A stretch of DNA of 56,057 nucleotides. It comes from a virus. Lineage: Duplodnaviria; Caudoviricetes. The stretch lies in IMG/VR virus record IMGVR_UViG_3300025875_000030, positions 1-56,057 of that record; one strand, 5' to 3'. The notes beneath the pieces were generated by a model. It was not told the origin of the DNA. It worked only from the letters and a program-made list of their open reading frames with translations, and did not search any database. This document shows, in pieces, positions 47,063-55,546 of the stretch. A program made the translations under genes and the position numbers. Within the stretch, counting starts at the first letter, position 1. Each line of letters opens with the position of its first letter.

Positions 47063-47716
47063 TTATAAAACATTCCCCACGATTTCAGCAGCCTCCGCCT
47101 CTGTTGCTGTTGTATCACTTCCGCCCGTTCCGGGTTTTCTTGAGTAATTTCCATCATTGGCAATTACTTGTAGTAAATCGTTGTACTCCTCCTCAAGCCC
47201 CTTAATCTGATCCTCAACAGGAGTTGCAGAGTTTACATCAATGCGGGCCGCCCATTTTTCTTTGTACTTTTCATTAAGTACAGTTGATGCCGCCAGCTTC
47301 TTTGCCGCCTCCGCTTTTTTCTCATCAATTGTTTTGCCTGTCTTAAGGGTTTCAAGTTCAGATTTTAAACCTGTAACCATTTCCATCAAGGCCTTAACAT
47401 TAGGATCAAGTTTTGGATCATCCGGGTTTGGCTCGTTAGGGTTTGGCTCATCCTTGATGTTCCATTTCTTTTTAAGGTTTGCCGTGTTTGTTTCAATGGC
47501 TTTGGTAATTGCCTTATCCATCTCGCTTTTAAACTCCGGCCTTGCAAGAGTAGCAGCAACATCCAAATTTGCGGGTGTTGGGAGTTTGCCAACTAATTTG
47601 TTAACCGCCTCCTCCGCTTCGCTTGGCTCTGAAATTGTAATAAATTCATACAGTTCCTCATTTAAGCCCTTAATTTTAAGTGCCGCTTTGAGTGCCTCCA
47701 TCAATTCTTTTTTCAT
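47063..47716 (-). CDS. Capsid scaffolding protein (start MKKELM)
   Basis: Helical, EPNPNEPNPDDP linker; upstream of the head genes. Confidence 0.7.
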   Translation of the reverse strand: MKKELMEALKAALKIKGLNEELYEFITISEPSEAEEAVNKLVGKLPTPANLDVAATLARPEFKSEMDKAITKAIETNTANLKKKWNIKDEPNPNEPNPDDPKLDPNVKALMEMVTGLKSELETLKTGKTIDEKKAEAAKKLAASTVLNEKYKEKWAARIDVNSATPVEDQIKGLEEEYNDLLQVIANDGNYSRKPGTGGSDTTATEAEAAEIVGNVL

Positions 47717-47856
47717 GGTAAAATGTTTTAAAATGTTAAATAATACAACAAATGTAAACAAGTTTTGTTGTATTTGTATAGGCAGCAAAAAAAAAGCCCC
47801 CTCTCTGTGTTAACAGGGGGAGCCTTAAAGGGTACTAATAATGTATAAATTTGGGC

Positions 47857-48171
47857 TTAGGGAGTTGCTTTTTGTTTTTCAGCCTCCTTATCCGGGTGTA
47901 ACTTTTTTACGGGCGTGGAGGGCTTTATTGGAACCTTTGCCAGCACCTCATATTTATTTACCGTTATTGTGAAGTGCCTTAACGCTGCATTGTTTGTTAC
48001 TTGAGAAAACCACAACTTTCCAAACAATAATATTGCTAATCTCTCTTTCCAATTCAGTTTGTAACCAACAACCACAATGCCACTCATATCATTGTTTTTG
48101 AGTGCCGGGATTGCCTCTCCCGTTCCTGTAATTATTTTACCATTCACTCCCTCAAAATTAATTGCTTTCAT
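47857..48171 (-). CDS. Hypothetical protein
   Basis: KAINFEGVN..YKLNWKERLAILLFGKLW. Confidence 0.65.
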   Translation of the reverse strand: MKAINFEGVNGKIITGTGEAIPALKNNDMSGIVVVGYKLNWKERLAILLFGKLWFSQVTNNAALRHFTITVNKYEVLAKVPIKPSTPVKKLHPDKEAEKQKATP

Positions 48172-48763
48172 GCGTATCCGTTTTTATTAATATTTCACTT
48201 ATTATTGCTCCAACAGGAGTGCCGCGCTTGGCGCTTTCAATTATCACATCACACCGGGTGCAAAACACCACAAGGCCCAGCTTGTTTATCATGGTAACAA
48301 TCCCCAGCATGGAAAGATATGTATTTCTGTGAACTTCATTGATAACAGCCCAACAGATTGTGGGATCAACTTTCTCCTCTGCAATTATATCCCAAATGTG
48401 CTGGATGTATTTTATCTCCTCCTCATCAACAATCAACTCATCCATCAGTTTATTAAGCTGCTTGTTTTCCGGGGCAATTTGTTTCCGCAATCTCTCTATC
48501 CTCCTAAGAACCATTTTGCGGCAAAACGTTATAAATATTGCCTCAAAAATTGAGAGCGCAACAAAACTCCAAATTATTCCCATGATGGCGCTTTCAATTT
48601 TAGCCTCCGGAACATCCATAAAGTATGCAAGCGGAGCAAAGCAGATGCCAATGGTTAAGATGTTCCTTATCCTCATAAAATTGGCCCTAAACTCCGGGAT
48701 AAATTTGTTGATGGTTTTCTCATGGGATTTAATCTCCCTCTTAATTGATTTTAGTGATCTCAT
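48158..48763 (-). CDS. Membrane protein
   Basis: Two TM segments. Confidence 0.6.
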   Translation of the reverse strand: MRSLKSIKREIKSHEKTINKFIPEFRANFMRIRNILTIGICFAPLAYFMDVPEAKIESAIMGIIWSFVALSIFEAIFITFCRKMVLRRIERLRKQIAPENKQLNKLMDELIVDEEEIKYIQHIWDIIAEEKVDPTICWAVINEVHRNTYLSMLGIVTMINKLGLVVFCTRCDVIIESAKRGTPVGAIISEILIKTDTHESN

Positions 48764-48772
48764 AATTGTTGG

Positions 48773-48856
48773 TTAAAAAATTAGCAGTATGATGAGTAAG
48801 ATGATAAAGCACCAAAACCCACCTTTAAAAACTCCGTTTATAAATTTCTGTATCAT
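48773..48856 (-). CDS. 27-aa membrane peptide
   Basis: ATGA coupling; MIQKFINGVFKGGFWCFIILLIILLIF. Confidence 0.45.
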   Translation of the reverse strand: MIQKFINGVFKGGFWCFIILLIILLIF

Positions 48857-49278
48857 GCCTCAATAAGTTTTGTGCCTCCCTCCTGCACTTTGTTAAACAA
48901 TGTTTTTCCATCTTTCATAAGCAAGTAAGGCAAAAAGATTTCTTGAGGTGTGGCAATCTCCGCCTTGATAAGTGCCGTTTGTGCCTCAACCCAATCCCGG
49001 ATGATACGCCATGCAACTCTGTTTGCATGTTGCAAGTTAAGCATGCCCTTGGGCACTCCATCTTTCCGCAATGCGTTAAGCACTCCGGAGGACCTGGCCG
49101 GCAACTCAAAAAAGAGAGGCTTATCACTTAGGATGAGCATGAACTTTAATGCAACAGGGGTGCCCTCTGTATCATAACTTATTGCCGTTTCTCTTGCCCC
49201 ATGCTTGGCAAGTATTTGTGTAATCTCTCCTATTGTCTTGTGAGGATCAATCTTTGTTGTATAGTTTGATATTGCCAT
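48853..49278 (-). CDS. Conserved-looking hypothetical phage protein
   Basis: NYTTKI..I..IL..HGA; RVAWRIIRDWVEAQ; FLPY. Confidence 0.75.
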   Translation of the reverse strand: MAISNYTTKIDPHKTIGEITQILAKHGARETAISYDTEGTPVALKFMLILSDKPLFFELPARSSGVLNALRKDGVPKGMLNLQHANRVAWRIIRDWVEAQTALIKAEIATPQEIFLPYLLMKDGKTLFNKVQEGGTKLIEA

Positions 49279-49517
49279 CAGAATAATTTTTGATTTTTAT
49301 AAATCTCATCTTTTTTCAGGGTGTAAACTCCAATCTTAACACTAATCTCATACTCCCACAAGTAAACAGTTTCATAAAACCAACGCTGTTTGCGTATGCC
49401 CCAATATTTGAAAGTAATAAGCTTATCCTTTCCATCCTTAAATGTTTTTACAACATGGCACAAAGTGGCGCGGTTATAAAAGCGCTTAGGCATTTTGTTT
49501 TTTGGCTTGGCTTTCAT
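49278..49517 (-). CDS. Hypothetical protein
   Basis: Coupled. Confidence 0.6.
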   Translation of the reverse strand: MKAKPKNKMPKRFYNRATLCHVVKTFKDGKDKLITFKYWGIRKQRWFYETVYLWEYEISVKIGVYTLKKDEIYKNQKLF

Positions 49518-49775
49518 TTAGGGGTGTATAAAAAAATGCCACACAAACCCGCTTGCCATCTGTACAGTTGATATGTACACAAGGAAAGGAGGCTTAACCT
49601 CATTCCCGGTGCCAACAATAAAAATCTTTCTTGGCTCTTTCTCCTTGGATGTATCAACCATTGCCCAAAGAACCGGGATGCCGTTTTGAGATTGTACACT
49701 TAGCGGAACGGCTCCAGCGGGCAACATAACAGTTTGCTCCTCCGCCTCTCTTAATGGATATTTTAAAATTATCAT
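49518..49775 (-). CDS. Conserved-looking phage protein (ILKYPL..LWAMVD..GTG..VWHFF)
   Basis: Recognisable motif pattern; start re-assigned. Confidence 0.7.
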   Translation of the reverse strand: MIILKYPLREAEEQTVMLPAGAVPLSVQSQNGIPVLWAMVDTSKEKEPRKIFIVGTGNEVKPPFLVYISTVQMASGFVWHFFIHP

Positions 49776-49776
49776 C

Positions 49777-49998
49777 TCAATTGGTTTTAAGTTGTTTTTT
49801 CTTTTGAGTGTAGTAATAGGCAAGCCCCATGGCAATCACTATCAATGGCAGCGGGTTAATGGGCACATCATTATGGCTATGCCCAAACTCACTATTGCCC
49901 GGCTCATCATCCGTATCATCTTGACCGGGCGGCCCTCCAAAGGGATTGCCTGCATAAACTGTTGCAGAAAGCAGCAGCATTAAAATAAGTTTTCTCAT
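49777..49998 (-). CDS. Small secreted peptide with PEP-CTERM-like (VPIN-TM-basic) sorting tail
   Basis: Signal peptide, acidic Pro/Gly spacer, VPINP, hydrophobic helix, KKK. Confidence 0.65.
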   Translation of the reverse strand: MRKLILMLLLSATVYAGNPFGGPPGQDDTDDEPGNSEFGHSHNDVPINPLPLIVIAMGLAYYYTQKKKQLKTN

Positions 49999-50222
49999 GG
50001 TTCGTTTCTGTATTTATAAAATTGATATGTATTTACTGCTATCCCCAACAACGTGCTCAAAATCTCTTTCTTGAATGTGGAGGGCTTGTTTTGCCTAACG
50101 GTGTAAACCATGCTCATGGTTATTGTAGTGTATCCCTTAGCATGGAGCGCCCTCATTGCCTTTCTTGCAAAGCCATAAGGGAGGTGCCTCAATGAGTTAC
50201 TTTCCATCATGTACAAAATCAT
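49995..50222 (-). CDS. Small possible DNA-binding protein
   Basis: LPYGFARK..ITMSMVYTVR HTH-like. Confidence 0.5.
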   Translation of the reverse strand: MILYMMESNSLRHLPYGFARKAMRALHAKGYTTITMSMVYTVRQNKPSTFKKEILSTLLGIAVNTYQFYKYRNEP

Positions 50223-50652
50223 TTAAGTTAAGGGCATGCCCTCTTTCAATAAGCTGGAAAATGTCAATTTGCCACTCCAACATTTTCTGCATCATTGCCC
50301 ATGTTGTAAATCCATACTCATAAGGGATTTCTTTTTTGGTAACAGGAACAAATTGGATAGTTGGCTTGCCATCAATGTAAGGGGCATGCAGATTAACATA
50401 CTCACAATGCCCGGCATGATACTTTGCCATTTTATCAATCGGGATAAACCTCTCCCCATTAACCGTTATCGGGTTTTGATAATCATCTAAAGGGCGTAAC
50501 AATAATTTACTGTTTGTGCTCCTGTCAATGTAATTAGCAATGGCTGTTGGGCCAACGGTGCCAACAACGGGCTCATCTTGGAACCATGATACGGATTTCA
50601 ACCCATAAGGTATATACCCAATAACCTCCTCAAGTAATAATATATCATTCAT
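50197..50652 (-). CDS. Hypothetical phage protein
   Basis: YIPYGLK..LLRPL..LEWQIDIFQLIERG.A. Confidence 0.7.
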   Translation of the reverse strand: MNDILLLEEVIGYIPYGLKSVSWFQDEPVVGTVGPTAIANYIDRSTNSKLLLRPLDDYQNPITVNGERFIPIDKMAKYHAGHCEYVNLHAPYIDGKPTIQFVPVTKKEIPYEYGFTTWAMMQKMLEWQIDIFQLIERGHALNLNDFVHDGK

Positions 50653-50667
50653 GTTTTCTGTATTTGT

Positions 50668-51084
50668 TTATCCCGGATGATTTCTCACAATCTCATCAAG
50701 GCTTTCATTTTCTGTTTCAAGTTCCTCAATCCTTTCATCCCTCTCTGATATTATTTGCTCATGCTCCAATATCGTTTGCTCAAGTTCAGCAATCCGGCGC
50801 TCAAGGGTATCAATTTTCTTTTCCGCATCATCAAATTTTTCCTCAAACTCATCCGCCTCCTCCGCGTTCTTGCCGCCCCATTCCCTTAAGCTGCTGTTTG
50901 CGGTTCGTATCTCCTCAAGTATTGGCTTTGACATATCGAACTGTTTTTTTAAAAACGGCTCTCTTGGAAATTCCAAATAGCAATCCTCAATAATTCCTAT
51001 AATTGTATCAATCAAAGGGCACGTATTCTCAACAGGCTCCTTTTTTCTGCTGCTGCTTATGGCACTATACCATGGATTTCCCAT
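50668..51084 (-). CDS. Coiled-coil hypothetical protein
   Basis: TCPLID..LEEIRTANSSLREWG plus acidic coiled coil. Confidence 0.7.
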   Translation of the reverse strand: MGNPWYSAISSSRKKEPVENTCPLIDTIIGIIEDCYLEFPREPFLKKQFDMSKPILEEIRTANSSLREWGGKNAEEADEFEEKFDDAEKKIDTLERRIAELEQTILEHEQIISERDERIEELETENESLDEIVRNHPG

Positions 51085-51086
51085 AA

Positions 51087-51326
51087 CTAATTGAGTGAAA
51101 ATTTGATAATGTTGATCTTTGTTTCAGGGTAATTTGTGTACATCACATTAAGCCTTGGCAGTATCTCCAAATCTCCCGGGGAGTATTTTTCCTGAACATA
51201 CATAAGCTTAAGTAATCCATCTCTTTTAATGCCATCATGCATTAAAGGGCTCAACATTTCATGGGGGTAAAAATTGGCAGGATTGATAATAAATGCCGCC
51301 GCAATGGGTATCCAAGTATTTTCCAC
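51087..51326 (-). CDS. Hypothetical early-type protein (GTG start)
   Basis: First gene after the promoter at 51387. Confidence 0.6.
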   Translation of the reverse strand: MENTWIPIAAAFIINPANFYPHEMLSPLMHDGIKRDGLLKLMYVQEKYSPGDLEILPRLNVMYTNYPETKINIIKFSLN

Positions 51327-51350
51327 GATACTTTAAATTTTACTGTTAAT

Positions 51351-51387
51351 AAAAAAGCCTCTGTAACTCACATTGAATTACAGAGGC
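51351..51387 (-). terminator. Terminator after the portal gene, overlapping the next promoter
   Basis: gcctctgtaa/ttacagaggc stem, T-tract. Confidence 0.7.
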
Positions 51388-51416
51388 AAATATAAAATAT
51401 TTTATATTATAAACAA
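51387..51416 (-). promoter_or_regulatory. Early-type promoter with perfect palindromic operator
   Basis: caaatata 51387-51394; ATATAAAATATTTTATAT 51390-51407; caa 51414. Confidence 0.75.
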
Positions 51417-51432
51417 TAAATATTTTAATTAT

Positions 51433-52884
51433 TTATTTTTCTGCTGGGGGCTCAACCTCTCCCGGCTCTTTCTCTGCATCAGGAGCCAAGGCAGCCGCCT
51501 CCGCTTTCTCTGCTGCAATAAGTTTCATCTCCTCATCTGCATTATCAGTTAACCCAACTTTATCAATGGCTGTTTTCTTGCTTATAAATCCAGCCGTTAC
51601 GCCTGTAGATAGATAATCAATGATTTCCTTAATATCGTTTGGCAGGATGTTTTTAAACGCAACATCAAAGTAAGTTTTATCTCCCATCTTTTTGAGGCTT
51701 ATCCCGGTTGTGTTTACCGTTCCGGCAATAAGCACATTGAGCATCCTTTCCACGGTTGTACGATTGCCCCCCTCATTAAGCTTGGCCTTGATAATGGCAT
51801 CAATAAACATAAGCTTTATGGCAACTCCGCTCATGCCTGATCCAACGCCATTTAAATCCTCCAAGGATAGTTGTGGTGTGCTGGTTAAGTAGTTGATCAG
51901 TTTCTCAAGTTTCTCAAGTTCTAACTTAACGCTTTCCGGACCGTTATTGTTGGTTAAGAACTCTGCATCTCCCTTTACCTCTTTGCCATCCTTGAGAACC
52001 TTAACAGGAAAGCGGAGAGTTTTACCGTTATCCTCTTTCTTGGGCATGCTCACAACCTCTCCATAAAGCTTTAAGAAAGGGTGCCCGGTGTAATCGTTGC
52101 TATCCGCCAGCTTACTTAAAGCAGTTTCAAACCTATCAATCATAACACTCACATCATTCCACTCTGTAAAATCTTGGGAAAGGTACACAACCGGGATTTT
52201 GCCAAATCCATGGGGCTTTGTTTCTATAAGCAACATCTCTCCGGTTTCATCAGAGAGTAAATACTTATTCTTATCATCATACACCTCCACATAATTGATT
52301 TTTTTATCTCCTTTAGCGAATGTGTAACGCCAAGTAAAGGCTTTCATATCTCCTTTAGCATCCCAAAACGGGCTCATTATGCCGCCCTTTGATGTAAGTA
52401 CAGAGGATTTAATCTCTTTCTTATCGTTAACGCCAAGTATCCTGTTAAAAAATGTGTTTGGCTTAATATCATCAATGTAAAAAACAATGGCGCTTTCTGT
52501 TTCAGATTTCTTGGCAATCAGTAAATCAATAAGCTTGCTATCAAGGCGGTTTACCCTCCAAAGCCTTATGATCTCATCCGCCAGCTTATTACTCTCATTA
52601 GGGCTTAGGGCAACGCCCTCCCCAGCCTCAAAAGCGGTTGCAACTGTTACAATCTTTTTCTGAAAGGGAACCGGGATACGGCTTTGAGGGATGTTTGTGC
52701 CTCCAACGGTTTTATTTTTTTGGGTTTTGTCTATTTGGGTATTCCGGATGTTCCTGTTTAACTCTTGGAACTCTTGCCGGGCTTCAATTACTTTGGCAGC
52801 ATCTTTGGAGCCGCTTATAAGTAATGCAATGGTTTCTTTGGGCCTCGCGGAAAGTTCAGCACCAATTATAAACTCCTCATTCAT
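51433..52884 (-). CDS. Portal protein, SPP1 gp6-like
   Basis: RIPVPFQKKIV, PHGFGKIPVVY, SKLADSNDY..HPFL, SGVAIKLMF. Confidence 0.9.
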   Translation of the reverse strand: MNEEFIIGAELSARPKETIALLISGSKDAAKVIEARQEFQELNRNIRNTQIDKTQKNKTVGGTNIPQSRIPVPFQKKIVTVATAFEAGEGVALSPNESNKLADEIIRLWRVNRLDSKLIDLLIAKKSETESAIVFYIDDIKPNTFFNRILGVNDKKEIKSSVLTSKGGIMSPFWDAKGDMKAFTWRYTFAKGDKKINYVEVYDDKNKYLLSDETGEMLLIETKPHGFGKIPVVYLSQDFTEWNDVSVMIDRFETALSKLADSNDYTGHPFLKLYGEVVSMPKKEDNGKTLRFPVKVLKDGKEVKGDAEFLTNNNGPESVKLELEKLEKLINYLTSTPQLSLEDLNGVGSGMSGVAIKLMFIDAIIKAKLNEGGNRTTVERMLNVLIAGTVNTTGISLKKMGDKTYFDVAFKNILPNDIKEIIDYLSTGVTAGFISKKTAIDKVGLTDNADEEMKLIAAEKAEAAALAPDAEKEPGEVEPPAEK

Positions 52885-52914
52885 ACTGTGATTATTTTAT
52901 TGTTAATAATTTAT

Positions 52915-54555
52915 TTACCAATTGATGCCATTAAGAACATCATCACTTGTTTCAAGTATCTCCGCCTCATGCAGTTCAAAATACTCCCTCATCATAAAGG
53001 CATCAAGTAAATCCGGGCTCTTTCCATCTAAGTACGTTTTCATCTCTGATTTCTTAATTACCTGTAACTTGCCATCATCATCCGGCTTGCCCTGCTTGAT
53101 GGCTTTCCTCTCCTGTTTCATGGCAGCCTCAAGAGTTGTATCCTCATCAATAAGGCGCGTGGATATTTCAATCTCTCTCCCGTTTTGGATAACACTCTCC
53201 GGGATGTAATACTCTGCATTGTAAACGGCGGCACCGCTCTTAAAATAACATTGGCTCTTTAAGTGATTATATGCCTCTCTGCCAATAGCTGTTGAGCCGT
53301 TATTGAACTCAATGGCGCCATCAATAAAACCGCCCTCTCCTCCTACAAATTGCCCAACGCCATCATTATCATACACAATCTCACTATTTGGGATTTTATG
53401 CTTGATAGCCATCCCCTTTATTACTGCAATAACCTTTGGGCCGGTGCTCTTATCAACTATCATAATATCAATCATCATCTTGCCCTCCCAAACCATTATA
53501 ACCAGCTTATCCGATCCCTTGAGAGCAATATCCGCTGTTATGCATTTTCTTGTAAGGCGTTGCAGCTTTCTCACTTCACTTAATTGAGAGGTATCCAATG
53601 GCGTTTGTGTTTGCATGGCAAGGAGGTTCTTTAATCTCCCCTTGTTTGCCCTAAGCTGTACCTCAACATGCTTATTTGTGAATATGTTAGCAAATTTATA
53701 AAAATCGTAAATATCTTGCCCGGATACTTTTACATGCCAATTACCGTTGAGGAGCCTGGCCTTGGTTTGCTCATCTTGGGCACTCAAGGAGCCAAGGTAT
53801 CCCGGATTGATTTTGATAAGTTCCTTATTCTCATAAATGGAGCCCCCAATAAAAGTAAGTGATTTGATTAAGTCCTTGGGAGAAACGCCCCCTTTATCAA
53901 TTTGAGGCTGTAGAAACTCCCCGCCTTTCTCCATAACCTCCTCAATGGTATCTCCCCAAATGTATTTGTTGTTGGCAACTGTGAAATATCTCACTACTCC
54001 CCGGCGCTCCTCAATAGGGAGCCCATCCGCGCCAATCCACCACTTAATTAACTCATAAACCCAACTATCAGGATCAGGGTTACAGGTTGCCCTTACATAA
54101 GGTGCCACACCGCATGTGGAACGGTTACGGGTTAACAGATAAAAAAACATCTCTTTATCAAAGTGGGTTAACTCATCAAAGCAGATGAGAGGGATTTCCG
54201 CCCCTTGCCAACTGTAAATATCACTCTTATGCTCAAGATGGGAAAACTTAACCTTTGCCCGGTTGCCAAAATGCCACTCAAGGCGGCTCTCAACTGCAAC
54301 GGCTCCCCGGATTTGGCTGTACATCTTGTATGAGGCATCCCACAACCCCCCCTCCCCTTTAATTTGAGGTGTGGTTCTCCTGAAAACAACGGCACCAAAA
54401 TTTGGGATGTTTACATTACGCATGCACTCAAGCAGCATGCACCATGTTTTACCGGATCCGGCGGAACCTCCCCCAATAACAATATCCGCCGGGGAGGAAA
54501 GTGATAACATTTGATAACCCTCTTGAGGGCGTATAAACTTAACTGCTACGCTCAT
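52915..54555 (-). CDS. terL: Terminase large subunit
   Basis: GGSAGSGKT, FDELTHF, ATCNPD, ADIA..G.D, SPDLLDAFMMR. Confidence 0.93.
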   Translation of the reverse strand: MSVAVKFIRPQEGYQMLSLSSPADIVIGGGSAGSGKTWCMLLECMRNVNIPNFGAVVFRRTTPQIKGEGGLWDASYKMYSQIRGAVAVESRLEWHFGNRAKVKFSHLEHKSDIYSWQGAEIPLICFDELTHFDKEMFFYLLTRNRSTCGVAPYVRATCNPDPDSWVYELIKWWIGADGLPIEERRGVVRYFTVANNKYIWGDTIEEVMEKGGEFLQPQIDKGGVSPKDLIKSLTFIGGSIYENKELIKINPGYLGSLSAQDEQTKARLLNGNWHVKVSGQDIYDFYKFANIFTNKHVEVQLRANKGRLKNLLAMQTQTPLDTSQLSEVRKLQRLTRKCITADIALKGSDKLVIMVWEGKMMIDIMIVDKSTGPKVIAVIKGMAIKHKIPNSEIVYDNDGVGQFVGGEGGFIDGAIEFNNGSTAIGREAYNHLKSQCYFKSGAAVYNAEYYIPESVIQNGREIEISTRLIDEDTTLEAAMKQERKAIKQGKPDDDGKLQVIKKSEMKTYLDGKSPDLLDAFMMREYFELHEAEILETSDDVLNGINW

Positions 54556-54666
54556 TGTATGTTAAATATGTTGCAAGGTAATACAAAATAACAAATGCCC
54601 ATCAAATGATGAGCATTGAGTATGATAACCGCATCAATGCGTGTATCATGTTTTTCCTACATTGTG

Positions 54667-54891
54667 TTATTGGCATGCCTCCAAAAGCCTTGCCTCCCTC
54701 TCCTGATTAAGCAGAGCAATTTGAGCCTCATCATCCGGGGCGGTGTTATCCCTTACCCATGTGATTTGTGCATCATACGTTGCATTAATCTCCGCCCTTG
54801 CAGCGGCACAATTATCCTCAAGAGGTGTTGCATCATCTGTTGAACATGAAAGCGCTCCCAGCGCCAAAATCATAATAAATAGTTTTTTCAT
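54667..54891 (-). CDS. Small lipoprotein
   Basis: MKKLFIMILALGALS-C lipobox followed by STDD; two further Cys. Confidence 0.75.
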   Translation of the reverse strand: MKKLFIMILALGALSCSTDDATPLEDNCAAARAEINATYDAQITWVRDNTAPDDEAQIALLNQEREARLLEACQ

Positions 54892-54893
54892 AA

Positions 54894-55061
54894 TTACTCT
54901 TTTAAAAGTTTGTTTAGTTGTACCCTCAATTTTGAGATTGCTGCATACACATTATCACAATATGCAGAAAACTCCTCATTACTCATGTGCTTGCCTGCTA
55001 CATCCATGGATGCCTCAAGCTGGCCCATGGCGTTTTTAATCTCTGCTTGCTCTTTGTTCAT
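54894..55061 (-). CDS. 55-aa hypothetical protein (MNKEQAEIKN...; missing from the track)
   Basis: Translated by hand; fills the gap. Confidence 0.5.
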   Translation of the reverse strand: MNKEQAEIKNAMGQLEASMDVAGKHMSNEEFSAYCDNVYAAISKLRVQLNKLLKE

Positions 55062-55545
55062 CTTTGCTGTTTTTAAATAGTTCTATAGTGTTGGTAAAGT
55101 CATAATGAAAGATGTGAACTCCTTTGCACCCGGAGCACACAAATTTAGTAACTCCTGATTTATTCCGTTGGCAGGCTCTCCAATACTTTCCTTTATCAAC
55201 ATGAGCCTTATCACAATACAGGCAGTTGAAAATGTTTTTAGGATACCTCACAACCGTTTTACGGTCCGGATCCACAACCTGTAATGCATTGAGGAACCCG
55301 GCACAAGGCTTGCCGCTGTCATACCCTCCCTCAATGTGGCAATTAAATTGCTGGTGCCCATAAGCAAGGCACTCCATGGCATCACTTACTGTTTTACGCT
55401 CAATGTTTGCCTCACTATCTCTTTTAAAGGCACAAGAACCACACATCTTGCCGCAATTCTTAATCTTAGCGCCCTCAATGGCTAAATCTGCAATATGGTT
55501 CCTCAACTCCTCATGGTTGTTGCTTGGCTTAAGTTTTAGGCTCAT
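55036..55545 (-). CDS. Cys-rich Zn-binding protein
   Basis: CGSCAFK..FNCH..CAGF; CLYC..CSGC. Confidence 0.65.
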   Translation of the reverse strand: MSLKLKPSNNHEELRNHIADLAIEGAKIKNCGKMCGSCAFKRDSEANIERKTVSDAMECLAYGHQQFNCHIEGGYDSGKPCAGFLNALQVVDPDRKTVVRYPKNIFNCLYCDKAHVDKGKYWRACQRNKSGVTKFVCSGCKGVHIFHYDFTNTIELFKNSKDEQRASRD

Positions 55546-55546
55546 A

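Noticed and set aside
24984-47788. Longest-ORF starts for several genes (25721, 27652, 28391, 47788)
   Set aside because: They run through promoters, terminators or upstream genes; downstream ATGs fit better.
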